A stretch of DNA of 64,000 nt from Haliotis rufescens (Eukaryota): assembly GCF_023055435.1 (NCBI RefSeq), contig NW_025963857.1, forward strand, positions 29,078,001-29,142,000, written 5' to 3'. Below the pieces are notes generated by a model. The model worked only from the letters and a program-made list of their open reading frames with translations. It did not search any database and was not told the DNA's origin. This document shows positions 1 through 13,355 of the stretch, piece after piece (within the stretch, counting starts at the first letter, position 1; each line of letters opens with the position of its first letter). Made by a program: the position numbers and the translations under genes.

Positions 1-154
1 TAGCATTCCGACTTTCACACAGGAAAATTGAGAAATCATCAAGTGCCAACTCACACTGAAACATATTTCTTCATGGTCACCTTTCGATTGCATAAATACT
101 ACATTTGTGATTGGCCAGTCACTGTGATTCTTTTGTTCGTCATTTTATATATGT

Positions 155-270
155 AGTGGTTCCCGGGTTCGATTCCCCACATTGGTACACTGTGTTTAGC
201 CCATTTCTGTTGTCCCCAGCCGTGACATTGATGGAATATTGCTAAAAACGGCGTAAAACTACACTCACTC
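155..270 (+). mobile_element. SINE family 1, 5'-truncated (paralog at 34875-34988)
   Basis: B box through to the cactcactc tail. Confidence 0.75.
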
Positions 271-955
271 TTTGATAACAGAGATACATTAAATAGAAGG
301 GAACAATGAACTTTTCTTGAAAACCACTAAATTCCCCCATATATACCGTTTTGTTAATTAAATCTGGCCAAGAATCGGCATTCAATATATTGAATATCAT
401 TTAACAAACATGTCTTTCTAATTTAGATTACTATCACCCAGTGGGCGTGCAATTTTTGTGTTCTGTAACCATGCCAACGGTTTCTACCTAGCATCACGCC
501 TTACCTTGACATTATGTAAACGGATGCAAATTACAAATGCATAACTGTTACAAATAATAAAGATGCAGTGTTACACGAAATCAGTTTTATCGTGACCATG
601 TGTATATTGGCCAGAGAGGTTATAACATTTTCTGTTACAATATGCAAACAAGTATTCAAGGTTAATACCCACATGATACCAAAAGAATCAAAGCTAATTA
701 TTTGTTTCCAGAATGACAAGGAACAAATAAATTCAGCGATCAAGGTAAACGTCCATTATACTCCTTCAGCACATAGTTTCTCCCCACACAATATACCTGT
801 GTATGTATCCGACATGAATGAAGACGCTACACCTTAAGCAGCGACGTCTGATGTCAGCTGTTATATAGGTTAGAGAGGTAGGTTCGGGATACGACCTCTA
901 AGTGGGATATTCATTTTAAACTATAAACTCGGCTTGAATTCAGACTAGTGCAAGC

Positions 956-1020
956 ACAGAGAGAGAGATGGAGAGAGAGAGAGAGAGAGGGGGGGGGGGG
1001 GGGGGGGGGGGAGAGAGAGA
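956..1020. repeat. (GA)n / poly-G tract
   Basis: Seen directly; the paralogous tract at 38706-38772 has a much shorter G run. Confidence 0.9.
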
Positions 1021-1534
1021 GTTGCACGTACGTCGCAATATAAGTGCAATAATCTTGAACGCGACGTTGAACCCAATTTCACCTGACCTCAACTCGTAAA
1101 CACTTTTACACTGAATGACACCGACACCGACATATCAGCTGTTAATGCACGGACGTTGAATCAATACTGACTAGACGAACACAGTGTCGTTATGGTTACA
1201 TCATGAATGTGTGTGTGTCGCGTAAAATATGCTTAGAAAGAAGGAAGACAGCTTGTAATTATAGAACAAAGTAACTACGCTGTTATATGGAATAATCAGT
1301 TTTAAACTCCATCATATTTCTCATGTCAACACCAACACATTTACTAGTTCTTCCATAGTTACGTCCCTTATGCAGACCACATCCCGAATCCCGNNNNNNN
1401 NNNNNNNNNNNNNNNNNNNNNNNNNNNNNNNNNNNNNNNNNNNNNNNNNNNNNNNNNNNNNNNNNNNNNNNNNNNNNNNNNNNNNNNNNNNNNNNNNNNN
1501 NNNNNNNNNNNNNNNNNNNNNNNNNNNNNNNNNN

Positions 1535-1671
1535 CCCTTTATGCCGAGCGCCAGATAGGGTAACAACAAGTACCATCTTTTAACGTCTTTTGGTATGACG
1601 CGGCCGGGGATCGAACCCCGGACCTTCCGCTCTCCGGGCGGACGCTCTACCACTAGACCACGGAGGCGGTC
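1535..1671 (-). mobile_element. SINE family 2, 5' part adjoining a gap
   Basis: Reverse complement of the family 2 head. Confidence 0.85.
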
Positions 1672-3384
1672 CCACCATGATATTAACTGACATAATGTTC
1701 AAAGAGGCGTTAAAATCAATTCAGTCTCTAACTCTGTTCCTCAACAGGACAGTAATTTCTGCCACTACTGATGACAGATAATGTATACATTTGAAGGTGC
1801 TAATTGCATTTTTTAATGAATTGATTTTCATATTTCGTCCAATGACCACCACAAACGACGTCTTACTGTTTGCAGTGGTAGTTAGTAACCACACGGGAAT
1901 CGATCAAGTGTTACCTGAGTAAACTAAACACATGAAAAGGACAAATACGTGGATGTTGTTAATCAAATGCAGAAATATATCTTTCTGAGTCCACCTAAAT
2001 AAACACAGGCGTCGCAATAAACTGATAAACTTATATCTCAGACATTTTAAATAATAAGGAAAGACAGGATTGAAATAGCTCATTAAACATTTTAAATAAC
2101 TTAAAAATGGTTTGTGTATTTACAAGTAGTTCAATCATACTCACATGTCTCTAAATTGATTGATTAATTGCCATTAATACCGAAAGTTACAAATACAAAC
2201 AACATGTCATTCGAAATTCATGTAAATGTTGATAAATTTCTATTTGTACTAAGTACTGGCATAAAAGGAAATTTCTAACAACTTAAAGTGGGTGCGATAG
2301 ATGCTGAGGAGCAATGGAAACCTAGTTTATACTTCCACATGTTGTTTTTTGTGAAAAATAATTTGATTTAAAACTTTTTAAAATTTGAAAAATGAAATCG
2401 CATAATACACGAGAGGTAATGAGTATCTCGGACATCTCATCTTTGAAAAACAATAAATTTGTTTACAACATTTCAAACATGGTAGGGGCCATGTTGCTGC
2501 AAATGCATTTCTTACAGCAGTCTTCACTGAATTTGTTTACAAAAATTGAGCCAGCCACAGTTGACGTTTTACACACTATTGCAGGAATGAGTGATGGTTT
2601 AATAGAAATGATCAAACTTAACAACAGTTCTTTACATTTTCAATTACAAAAAAAAAACCGATCGGTATATCTTGTTTTGTCCCTCTGATTATTATTCATC
2701 TCAGCTAAGCGTACACCAAAGTTATTTCACTTTATGTTTCGCAATGTCTTTTTACGTAAAGTGTTTCCGTTTATAATCAACAAGCTGGGCTTTTGACAGA
2801 TAATCAATGCGAATAATGTTATACATCCTCAATTCAATCTTTAAAAAAAACCTTACGAACTAACATTTGGTGATAAATCGAGACATAATGTCACAGTGGA
2901 TGAATATTTACCTCTTGGATTCTACGACGAGTGACGAAACGTTCAACTTGAAAGAATCAGGGTAGAGCTGTTCTTGACCGCGATCGAGACGGATTTTCTA
3001 TTGGTAGTCAGACATTTTTGCCAATCTATCCCCTCTTATGTAATCTTTCCTGATAAACAAGGGAAAACGATACTGTCCCTTATTCACTTTTTAGTAATAA
3101 ACGCAATAGTGTTTCCTGTGTAGTGCATGTAATGACTATATACTCACGCTCTTGGACATACATATATCTTTATCATACAAGTATAAAAGACAACCCACTT
3201 TTCCGAGGTCACTGTGTAAATATAACTATTCGTCTCTCTAATAAAGTATACTCCGTTGACGCTTTTTGCTCTCAATTCTTCAAAACAACATATTTGACGC
3301 CATCATTACAACCATTTCTTCACTTTCAAGTGTGATTTTGTCTTCCAAATGCGAACCTCTGGACAGATTGAATAACTATCGCAG

Positions 3385-3661
3385 GCAATATAGCAACGTA
3401 CATGCACGTATGTGTGTGTCTGCTTGTACTAGTCCGAACTGATGCCGATTTATAGTGATAGCTCACTGAGATACCATGCCGGAGTTTAACATGAATACTC
3501 CGCTCAGACAAAGTATACTGACTCCGAGCCGATCAGTCCTTGTTTTATATTTAGCCTCTTAATGTCGAGCGCCAGACAGGGTAATAACAAGTACTATCTT
3601 TTGACGTCTTTTGGTATAACGCGACCGGGGATCGGGCGGACGCTCTACCACGGATGCGGTC
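3385..3661 (-). mobile_element. SINE family 2 (paralog of 40732-41261)
   Basis: Same insertion site and TSD as the copy at 40732. Confidence 0.85.
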
Positions 3662-3938
3662 CTATCGCAGGAGTCATATGAGGGGATCGGGTGAAGCGAT
3701 GCTGAAACAATCAGATGCAAGTGTACCTGTCCACCACTCCCTGTGTGTTCTCAACCTTTCTAAACGCACGTCAAACACAACAGTCGTTGTCCCCACAAGT
3801 AATACATTACCATGTCCGGTTCATTCAGCACTGTTTTACAAGCAGTTTGGCGATTTGCAATCAATTAAGTCTTGTATAAAGCGTATGTGTGGCTCACAGC
3901 TAGCTTCTACATGACAGAGCCATGTCTATCTATTTCAG

Positions 3939-5831
3939 TCAATCCCATGCAAAGGTGAATACTTTGACATGTTCATCGCTGGTAACGTAAAGCAAACCAT
4001 CATCATCCACACAGATACCACGAGGACGCATAAGGCCATCATGTTGTGTGAGAACATCTCTGACAAACTGCCACTGAATCACCTTGTGTGAGTCTTTGAC
4101 TACAGGCAGGATGTCTCCTGTGCTGGCTGTTGTGACACCCCGAGGACATTTCAGAGCTTAGTCTACTGTAGGGGTGTAGGTGAAAACAACTTCGCCATCA
4201 CTGGTCACAGATACCAGGGATTTTACTTCCTCATCACTGAATATCAAGTTGTTATTTCTCGTGACATGAATATAAAGTGGGTTCTTTATCACACCTGTGT
4301 TGATAGATTTAAGAACATTCCCTTTCATATCCAGCACGTCAACAGAGGCACGTCTGTCCTTACCACCTGCTACTAGTTGTGAAGACTTCAGACAGGCTAA
4401 CCCATAATACTTCCTATTTGTCTTCACAGTTGAGAGTAAAGAAGGTTCAGGGTTAAAGTTGATGAAAGCTATTTGTTGTGTGTCTGGCAGAGTAACAGCT
4501 GCCCGAGCTCCACCCAACTTAGCCACTCGCCTTGGACCAGTAGGAAGCCGGAGACATTTCTAGATGAGTCTATTGTTTGAAGTATAACATGCATGAAGTC
4601 TACTATTAAAACTATCCGCCACAACAGTTACCTTGATACCATCTGCAGCCAATACTGCAACATCAAACAAGCCCGGGATATTGTATCCCTTTCTGCAATA
4701 CTCAAATGTTTGCAGGAGAACAGGAGAAGACATTCGGTCACACAGACCTCAAACAACCTTGACCTCCCCTAGCTGCACCTCATCCACAGATCTCCTCAGT
4801 TTATCTGTGTCATGTGTGAAGACAATGGTGGATGGTATTGGTCTCTTGTCCTCACTTGTGTCCTCATCTCTGGATGCTACAGCCACAGTCTGATATATAT
4901 CATATATGTCTGCTAAACAACGTGAAGTCACAGCTTTGCCTGTGAACTCATGCCGCTGCTGAAGCATCTGGAGATCAAACTCTTGGGACTTTTACGTATC
5001 TATACGTATCTCAGTGAGTTGGTCGATACGATCCAGCAGTTTCTTTTCTTTTCTCAGAAGAACGTCTATAGCTGCCATGCGTACTTTCTGAACTTGGTCT
5101 TTCATATCCTGTGCTTTTCAATTTTCGAATTTGTTGAAGAAATATTATCAGTGTAAGTTTCAATTTTTTTCTCTTGGTTTCTAGTTTCAGTTATCAGACT
5201 TTCTTTTACAAGAGGCGTCATTGTATCTATGGTTTCAACATCATCACACTTCCTGTGTTTGATACTGCAGCATACAGTACAAATTGCCATCCTGCAATCT
5301 TTACAAAACAGTTTTATCTTCTCATCCTTGTGAATTCTGCACATAAAGCGCTGTACCTTTGGTTTCTCGTTGCTATGGATACGTAAGTCAATCACTTCAT
5401 GGTCACGTGACAGCGGCATCTTCTTGTGTAACTTGAGACATCCATCACAAAAGACATCGTCACAAATGGTGCACCACACAGTGCCTGGAGTTGTCTCCCA
5501 ATCTTCTTTGCACACGCTACACGTATCTGAACATAAAGCACAGCGTGTCACAAATAATGCAATTTCTAGAAAACACAACCACATACCACAACTTTGAATA
5601 CAAAATTCATGCACACGCGCCATAGTTGCCAGATGTTTAAATGTCAATATAAACCAGCTCACTTCGAACTCGGGACTTGTCTTGTATAGCTCCAGGCTGT
5701 GTTTTAATATATTTTAGCAGACCGGACCTACAGAATGTGTGATTACACTGAAGTGTGGCAGGGTCTGTGAACACTTCTGTACAGATGACACAGGTCAGAT
5801 GGTTGTCTGTCAGCTTCTTAGCGGTAGCCAG
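3939..5831 (-). pseudogene. TRIM-NHL pseudogene, copy A
   Basis: ATG is mutated to CTG (5831). A ~215-bp deletion near 5672 removes the distal RING CxxC and the splice donor. Frameshifting deletions lie near 5110, 4995 and 4158, with in-frame stops at 4749 and ~4561. Fragments align to copy D down to the homologous stop at 3939. Confidence 0.9.
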
Positions 5832-7844
5832 TTCTGGAGGAAAGAAATCCTCCAACTTAGCCTTGGCTTCAATACGAGTAAAACCATATTTTATAAGACG
5901 TGGTATGTTGAGTATATCCAATGCTCTTTTCTCCATTTTCCAGGCTCTCGTAAAGTATTTGTTGACTGTGACTTTGATACACATGACACTCTATGGCTTT
6001 AGTTTTATTGCTTCCTGTGATCATATAGGAGGGTCAACCAGAATGTTATCAATAATTAACATTACTACTTTTAATCTATTATATTCTATTGGGTATTTCG
6101 AGGCAGATCTACAATAGGTACCCAATGCTCAATGCTTGTCAAAAGATACGTCTTAAACGAGGACATATGCCGACACACACATNNNNNNNNNNNNNNNNNN
6201 NNNNNNNNNNNNNNNNNNNNNNNNNNNNNNNNNNNNNNNNNNNNNNNNNNNNNNNNNNNNNNNNNNNNNNNNNNNNNNNNNNNNNNNNNNNNNNNNNNNN
6301 NNNNNNNNNNNNNNNNNNNNNNNNNNNNNNNNNNNNNNNNNNNNNTTAAGGAAGTGTACATTACCTGATGCCGACCATTATGTCTACATCGCAAATCTAT
6401 GAGTGGTTACATACATACATACATATACACACACATACATAAAATACATCGAATACATTTAAAAATTTTGTTCCCACTGTTTTCAAATTTTATCTCGATG
6501 TATTTAATATCAATCAGATTATATCAGGATAATTCATCCTGTGCAATAATTCATTGTCGCTTGGTGTCATTGGTACTAAATTATTGCGAAGTTCAAATGC
6601 TGGATTCACTTTATCACCACTGTTTATCACTGCAAACTTGATTACATTAGTAGAACCTGTTCAGCCATACTGAAACATACAGCAGTTTGACTCCATGTAC
6701 AGCTACGAGTCCCTGTGTCCATTGCGATGTTCTGAACTACTGATAAGGGGACATGACTCTAATATCCATATGCACTCCGCGACCATAATATAAACACTGT
6801 CACCACTGCATAATTCAGGTGTCACAAACACGTGCGATATATGGTTATGCCGTTTAGAAACGACCTGATAGTACATTCAACATCGTTTAACATGTTGAAC
6901 TTATTTCAACCTTCAAGTCAGGACTCGAGGAATTTTCAAGCTACTTTTGTTATCAAAGTTCAATTTACCTTATTGTCGACTATATCGCATACCTGTGAGT
7001 GCTTTTAGCACGAGTCAGTGTTGCATAGAATGAATGCGAAAACAACAGATTCCAACAGTTATGTTAGTGTTTTACCTTAACAGATACTGCAATGTTAAGA
7101 TATAATGTATGAAAGACACAGTACACTAAATCATGTATAATTCAAATTCTATTTGCAACTTCTAATTTCATAATACAATATATTCGTTTCCTGCAGAAAT
7201 AAATAGGCTACTATCTTTCTGTAATCTGTAAGTGAAACCTTTGACAAACTAAACAATAATTGGCAAAGAAACATTGATCTTTAAAGACCTTCATATAACT
7301 AAATTTTAGTTTTAACAATAACTACACGACCATAAAGGCACAAATGGCCAAAGCTTGAATAGTGAATGAGTTTATAAAATATCTGCGTTCTTCATTTAAG
7401 TAGTATCAGCACAACACTTGACGATAGGGCAACTAAGGTGACAGATGATACTGATGCCGTGGTTGTTTTAATGTTGTGATGTTTTCGTTTTATTGGATTC
7501 ATGGAATATGAAACATTCTAATACGCATACTTGTGTTTCTAACTGTATGGTTTGTTCGTTTGTATCAATAGTATTCCACTTATACTACGGTGTGTAAGCT
7601 TAATTTGGGAGGGCAACACAAAGTGATTCATGCCTCAGACGTTTACCACATTACTGAAACACATGGTGCTGACAAAACTAGAAACATGATGTTGGCGAAC
7701 CGGAATTGGAATCAACGGTCATAAGGTTGTGGAGTGTTCACGGGACGCAGGTCGGCACAGTGAATTGCAGAGCAATAGACGATTGGACCGACTGTCCAGT
7801 GCGCTGGAGCTGGAATATTGCTTAGTGCGGCATTAAACAACTAA

Positions 7845-7945
7845 CACATACAGACACACAACACACACGCACACACGCACACACGCACACACACACAACA
7901 TACACACGCACATACATACACACTCTCACACGCACGCGCGCGCGT
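7845..7945. repeat. (CA)n/(CG)n compound microsatellite
   Basis: Seen directly in the sequence. Confidence 0.9.
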
Positions 7946-7994
7946 TTACCTGAAAATTACCTAATAAAGTAACCGTTAACAATTTGAAAATCGA

Positions 7995-8083
7995 CTCACG
8001 ACAGACGATGCACGACAGACGACTGACGTTTGGCGAAAGAGCAATGACATAAGCTCACTTGGTTTGTAGTTAGGTTAGCTAAA
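7995..8083 (+). mobile_element. Possible 3' end of a non-autonomous Helentron/pearl-type element
   Basis: (GACA/GACG)n tract followed by an agctcac...ttagct hairpin-like end and AAA. Confidence 0.35.
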
Positions 8084-8212
8084 CTTGCCGCTCAAAACAT
8101 ATTTACAAAGTTGTTGTCTTGGCCTATTTCTGATGGAAATGAATGATATGATTAAGTCATGTTTTCAACACGATTTTGTCAAGTTAGTTGATAGGGCATA
8201 GTATGCGGAAAC

Positions 8213-8730
8213 TTCCCATGATGTATTCTCTATTTCCCATGATGTATTCTCTATGTTCATGATGTTTTCTGTATTTCCCATGATTTATTCTCTAGTTCCA
8301 TGATATAATCTCTATTTCCATGATGTATTCTCTATTTCCCATGATGTATTCTCTATTTCCTATGATGTATTCTCTATGTTCATGATGTATTCTGTATTTC
8401 CCATGACGTATTCTCTAGTTCCATGATATAATCTCTATTTCCATGATATAATCTCTATTTCCTATGATGTATTCTCTATGTTCATGATGTATTCTCTATT
8501 TCCCATAACTTATTCTCTATTTACATAATATACATTCTCTATTTCCCATGAAATATTCTCTATTTCCCACGATGTATTGTCTATTACCCATGATGTATTC
8601 TCTATTTCCCATGGCGTATTCCCTATTTCCGATAATTTAACTCTATTTCCCATGGCGTATTCCCTATTTCCAATAATTTAACTCTATTTCTCATGCTCTA
8701 GGTTCTATTTCCCCTGATGTATTCTCTATC
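8213..8730. repeat. Minisatellite, ~19-20-bp unit tcccatgatgtattctctatt
   Basis: Roughly 25 tandem degenerate units. Confidence 0.95.
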
Positions 8731-9759
8731 ACGTGATACTCATGAAACCCCATGACGTAAGTTGTAAGTTTTATGCTTGCTGTGATCATGCCAAAAAATC
8801 AATACATCATGTTGTCAACAATTACATTACCATTTTAGTCAACTATATTCAAGTGGGTTTTTCGAGGCAAATTATAAGACGACTTGAACCCGGATCGGGT
8901 GGTTCAGCATGTGAACATGCATTAGTGTACCTCTGTATCTACAAGCCAAGACATATTTTGCATATATATATATACATAATATGTCTGTAAATTGTCGACA
9001 TGAAAGTAGTTTGCACTTAATAAGCCGTGACNNNNNNNNNNNNNNNNNNNNNNNNNNNNNNNNNNNNNNNNNNNNNNNNNNNNNNNNNNNNNNNNNNNNN
9101 NNNNNNNNNNNNNNNNNNNNNNNNNNNNNNNNNNNNNNNNNNNNNNNNNNNNNNNNNNNNNNNNNNNNAATACCCACTGTTTTAATCTTGTCTCTTGTCG
9201 AATACAATATGTCAGTTACAATATATAGGTGTAATTGATTGTGTGCAATATATCATTTCTCTTGCTCTCATTGTTACTACATTATTGTGTAGCTGAATTG
9301 CTGGATATAATATATCATCATTGTTTGTCATTGCAAATGAACGATAGCACCTGATTACATTTTCATAAAACATTTTCAGTCATGCTTACACATAGAGCAT
9401 TTTGCATTTAAATACATATACGAGTTGTGACGCACTAATAAAGGGACATAACTCTAATATTCATATGCTAAGTCCGTGACCCGAGTAATAACACGACATG
9501 TACCATCACTGATTAACTCGTGGTTTTTAGGTATCACAATAATGCCACATAAACAACAATGTGATTAAGTTTTTTCAACATACCTAATAAACTGTTTGGC
9601 AAAAGAAAATATACACATGAAAATATACAAATGCGATACCTGTGTCAAATACATCACCATCGCATAACCATTTCTTGTTTTTTCCATTTTAGCCGCCAGA
9701 ATTCGTGTTTACTTGCCCTGCAGTTTAGAACGTTTCAGATGGCACACTTACTTCAACTT

Positions 9760-10035
9760 TCAAGTCACGGCTTATGACGTGCAACTTGCCTTGATGTCGA
9801 CTGTTTTCTAATCTGGAGGTTTTGACACGATTCATTGTTGGTTAGATTGAATGCGAAAACAAAAGATTTAAGATATTTTTCAACAGTGATCTCGTGTTTT
9901 ACCTTTTCAGATACTGCAACATGGACGAGCACCCGGGGTAGACAGGGATTCACTTCCTGGTGGAGTCCACCCAACACTGATGACCTAGGATACGAAGTTG
10001 CTATGAGGGAAGGAGGTATGTGATCACGTGACACT
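9760..10035 (-). promoter_or_regulatory. Orphan upstream module (within a duplicate of the copy C upstream region)
   Basis: CACTTCCTG at 9951 and TCACGTGA at 10024; 8730-10460 is similar to 31340-32930. Confidence 0.5.
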
Positions 10036-10793
10036 CTGTAGCTGAGGTTATCACTTGTGACCTGTCAATAGTGTTGTCACCCTGCGATAGAGTATTTATA
10101 TATTGCATTTACACAGAGAAGATTTGCGGCCAACCTGTAATTGAAACCTATGTCAAAACTAAAACAATTTACAAATAAATCCAATCTTTAATGAACGTCG
10201 TGTAAGCAAAATTCCAGTAATATCACGGCGGGGAACGCTTTAACTAGTAGGCTACCCGACCGCCCCCGTGGCGTAAGGAACAACTACGCGATCGTTAATG
10301 CACAAAGTGCTTAAACCTTGAGTTAACTGTAAGTGACTTTAATATCATTATCTACAATCAGCTTTTAAGTGGTATCTAAGCGACAGTTAAACATAGGAGA
10401 AACTGCAAAAGCTGACATAAATGATGTGCTGTGAACATAGGTATAAATTAAAGCAATAATAAAAAAAATAGATACTTAAGTAGTTGAACTGACGTTAGAG
10501 ATTGATATATCCGTGTCATGTCTGATGCTAGACTAACATCTAGTCTCTGAAATGAACATATTTTATAGAAAAAACACTTGTTAAATTATAGCTATAAAAT
10601 ATAATAGGAGCCCCAGAGACTTTCTTCATTATCCTGATACTGCAGTGATCTAGACTTGCCATATATTATAGACTTGCATGAGCTAGCGCTGTATATATTT
10701 GTTTCAGGGTCTGTATGACAGACTAGTCTGGTGCAAGTGAAGCTGGACACTGTAAACAGTCAACAGTCGACGACGACTGCTATGTATTTCAAA

Positions 10794-10930
10794 ACAGACA
10801 GACATACAGTTTTATTCAATATAATGGGCCATTGACCAAAAGTACAATTGATACTACAACAGGAAAGTTTCCAACGAGAATATACAGACGGTATCACAAA
10901 CAGATGAGAGAAACAAAATTATAGTTACAT
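10794..10930 (-). mobile_element. Short LINE 3'-end insertion with 11-bp TSD
   Basis: (TGTC)n tail and AATAAA; TSD tgtatttcaaa at 10783-10793 and 10931-10941. Confidence 0.6.
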
Positions 10931-10999
10931 TGTATTTCAAAGACCCGATAGTACATTTCACATGACACACTTATTTAATACAAATTCAAGTCAGGACTT

Positions 11000-11280
11000 G
11001 TGAAATTGAATTTTCAAGCTTCTTTCCTTTACTTTGATGCCGACTATATCTAAAATGTATGAACTTTTTAACACGATTCGGTGTTGGGTAGGCTGAATCC
11101 GGAAACAAAAGATTCAAGTAATCTTTTAAAAGGGATCTAATGTTTTACCTTTACAGATACGGCAACATGGACGAGAACACGGGACAGACAGCATCTCACT
11201 TCCTGAGTTAGACCACCCAACACTGATAATCAAGTCACACGATGTTACTTGGCGTGAATGTATGCGGTCACGTGACATAC
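11000..11280 (-). promoter_or_regulatory. Orphan upstream module
   Basis: CACTTCCTG at 11197 and a perfect GTCACGTGAC at 11267-11276; 11000-12430 is similar to 24360-25680. Confidence 0.5.
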
Positions 11281-13134
11281 TACCTAAATCAACTGTGAGC
11301 TGTCAGCAGATTATCATGTTGTGAGAATTTATTTTGAAGAAACAAAATTGGAATGAGAAGTACATTGCTTCCTCCGCACCTCATATGTGAAAATGATTTT
11401 GTGCCATGTTTAGATACTTTGTTTGGAATACGCATTAAAACATTTGCAATGCTCTATTATATAACACATGCAAAATATTCGTTTCTTGTTGCAATACATA
11501 GACTACAAACTTTACATAACACAGTTAAGACAGGACCTGTCACCTTACATCTGTACATGTTTAACCTATATTGAAATAAATACATACTTGACATGTCAAA
11601 AAGACACTGACCTTTAATTACCTTCTTATATTTAGCAACATCACCGGTTTAAGAATAACTAAACACATGCTTCAATTAATTATAAATGAACTAAAAACAT
11701 AATCTGTCATCTGCGTTTAAGTGGTATCTTTACGACAGTTAAACATAGAAAAATTAAGGCAAAAGCTGACACTACTGATGTGATGTAAGTATTGATATAC
11801 ATTGAAGCAATTAGCTAAAATAATAGAGATACTTTAATAAGGTTCTTTAACGTGAGATCGACGGTAGGTGTTGATATATCTTTGTGTTACGTCGTGTTCG
11901 AGTGAAGCTTGAAACTATATCGTTATTGATACTGTATGACCGTTTCCGATAAATGGAATACTAGTATATATAGAGTAGACAAACTATCCTCGTGCCGTTT
12001 GGAATTTGTAAACAGTAGAAGTCATTGTCTTGGGTTAAAAAGTACATCTGACCAGTTTCAGTGGCAAAGTGATGAGTGTGTCATTTGATTGTTATGTCAC
12101 TGTAACCAATGACGTCAGAATAGTTTCAAGAAATTCAATGATGCAATTTCATTGTAGCCATATTTCCTGGGAGATATCTCTTGATCTTCTCAGTGCTTAG
12201 CTATGCGATAATGTGACTGCCGCGATCTCCATCGCATACATTTCTCAAGTGATACACTGTATGAAAATGCAACTGTCACGATCTTCATGGCATATGTTTA
12301 TTAAGTGATTCACTGTATCTAATGCAACTGTCGATATCGTATACATTATCCCTGGGGTTCAGTTTTACTGTAGCTGACACTATCACCATCATTTATTATT
12401 TCCCCCAGTGATTCACAATGAACATTAGCCATGCTGTCATGACATCCATGGAAAGCCGTTTACAGACAATCACCGACACATCCGGTAAAGCACGTTTACT
12501 GACTCTACCTCCTGTTCTCATCGGTGCTTGGAGTATGCGATCTGTTGTTATTGGGACGCATGAGTGTGCATTTTGTCACAATATTCTTTTATTGTTCAAT
12601 TCGTTTGCACCAAGTTGTTGTTATCTGCCATAGGAATGAATGTTCATACCGATTGTGCTCCACTCGTCATGCTGAGCTGCAAAGGGTTAGTCCAGATTTT
12701 GCGAATACATGATGTTGGTGCACACGACGTTCAAGGTCATCTCACAGATCAATCAGTAGGGTAGATGTTCGAGTTGGTAAAGGCAGCACCTTGATGTTCC
12801 CAGTTCCCATCAGGAACCACTGATACACTAGTTGTACGTGGGCAGCTTCATCCCATTGGGATTCAAACTGGCGTCCAATCCTGCACATAAAGGATACCAC
12901 GACTGAGCGCAAACTCACGGTAACGAGCATCTGTGAGACCGTCATCAAGGCGAATGAGGTCTGTTCTAGAGCTGTAGGTGATGCCAACAACCACCATACC
13001 AGTTTCACTGTCTATGTGACGCAGCTGGTATGAATAGTCGAGGAAGAACCTCTATTTGTCAATGGACACGGTGTGACACCAATGATGCAACTGCCTAACA
13101 CTATGACGCCGTGCCAAGAACGTTCGTAAACGTT

Positions 13135-13355
13135 GGAATTCCGGGTTAAAATGTGTCCCCAGCAACCCATGCGTACCACATACAGGACTAGGTGGTCAGG
13201 CTCGCTGACTTGGATGATGGATGTCAGCATATTCCAATTGCGTGGGCCGATGCTCATGATATCAATCACTCGATTGTCTGGTCCAGACGTATTTACAGAC
13301 CTCCGTCTTATTGCTTTAATATTGCCAAGTGAGGCGTTAAAAACACAAACAAATA
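13135..13355 (+). mobile_element. SINE-like repeat family 4
   Basis: Core and tail as above. Confidence 0.7.

Larger units (their letters stand above)
128..5670 (+). repeat. Segmental duplication: paralogous to ~34846-43317
   Basis: Long collinear near-identical tracts (e.g. 568-860 vs 38035-38330; 1680-3385 vs 39000-40730; 3660-5670 vs 41260-43317). The right-hand copy carries extra TE insertions. Confidence 0.9.

Noticed and set aside
531-837. ORFs conserved between 568-837 and 38059-38304 (also 2392/39797, 3654/41299)
   Set aside because: Similarity reflects the recent segmental duplication; there are no domain motifs, and starts and stops differ between copies.
128-5831. A/D duplication as a mere uncollapsed haplotype
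   Set aside because: Not excluded, but A's upstream region differs from D's, the intervening gene order is not repeated, and a specific junction exists at ~127, which favours real tandem duplication.
5637-5984. 115-aa ORF as an N-terminally extended RING protein
   Set aside because: It reads through intron sequence, lacks the family ATG and the distal CxxC, and belongs to pseudogene A.
8213-8730. CRISPR-like repeat array
   Set aside because: Units are contiguous with no unique spacers, no cas genes are present, and the context is eukaryotic; it is a minisatellite.
12440-13060. Coding-like GC-richer segment, possible DNA transposase relic
   Set aside because: No motif could be identified with confidence; needs BLASTx.
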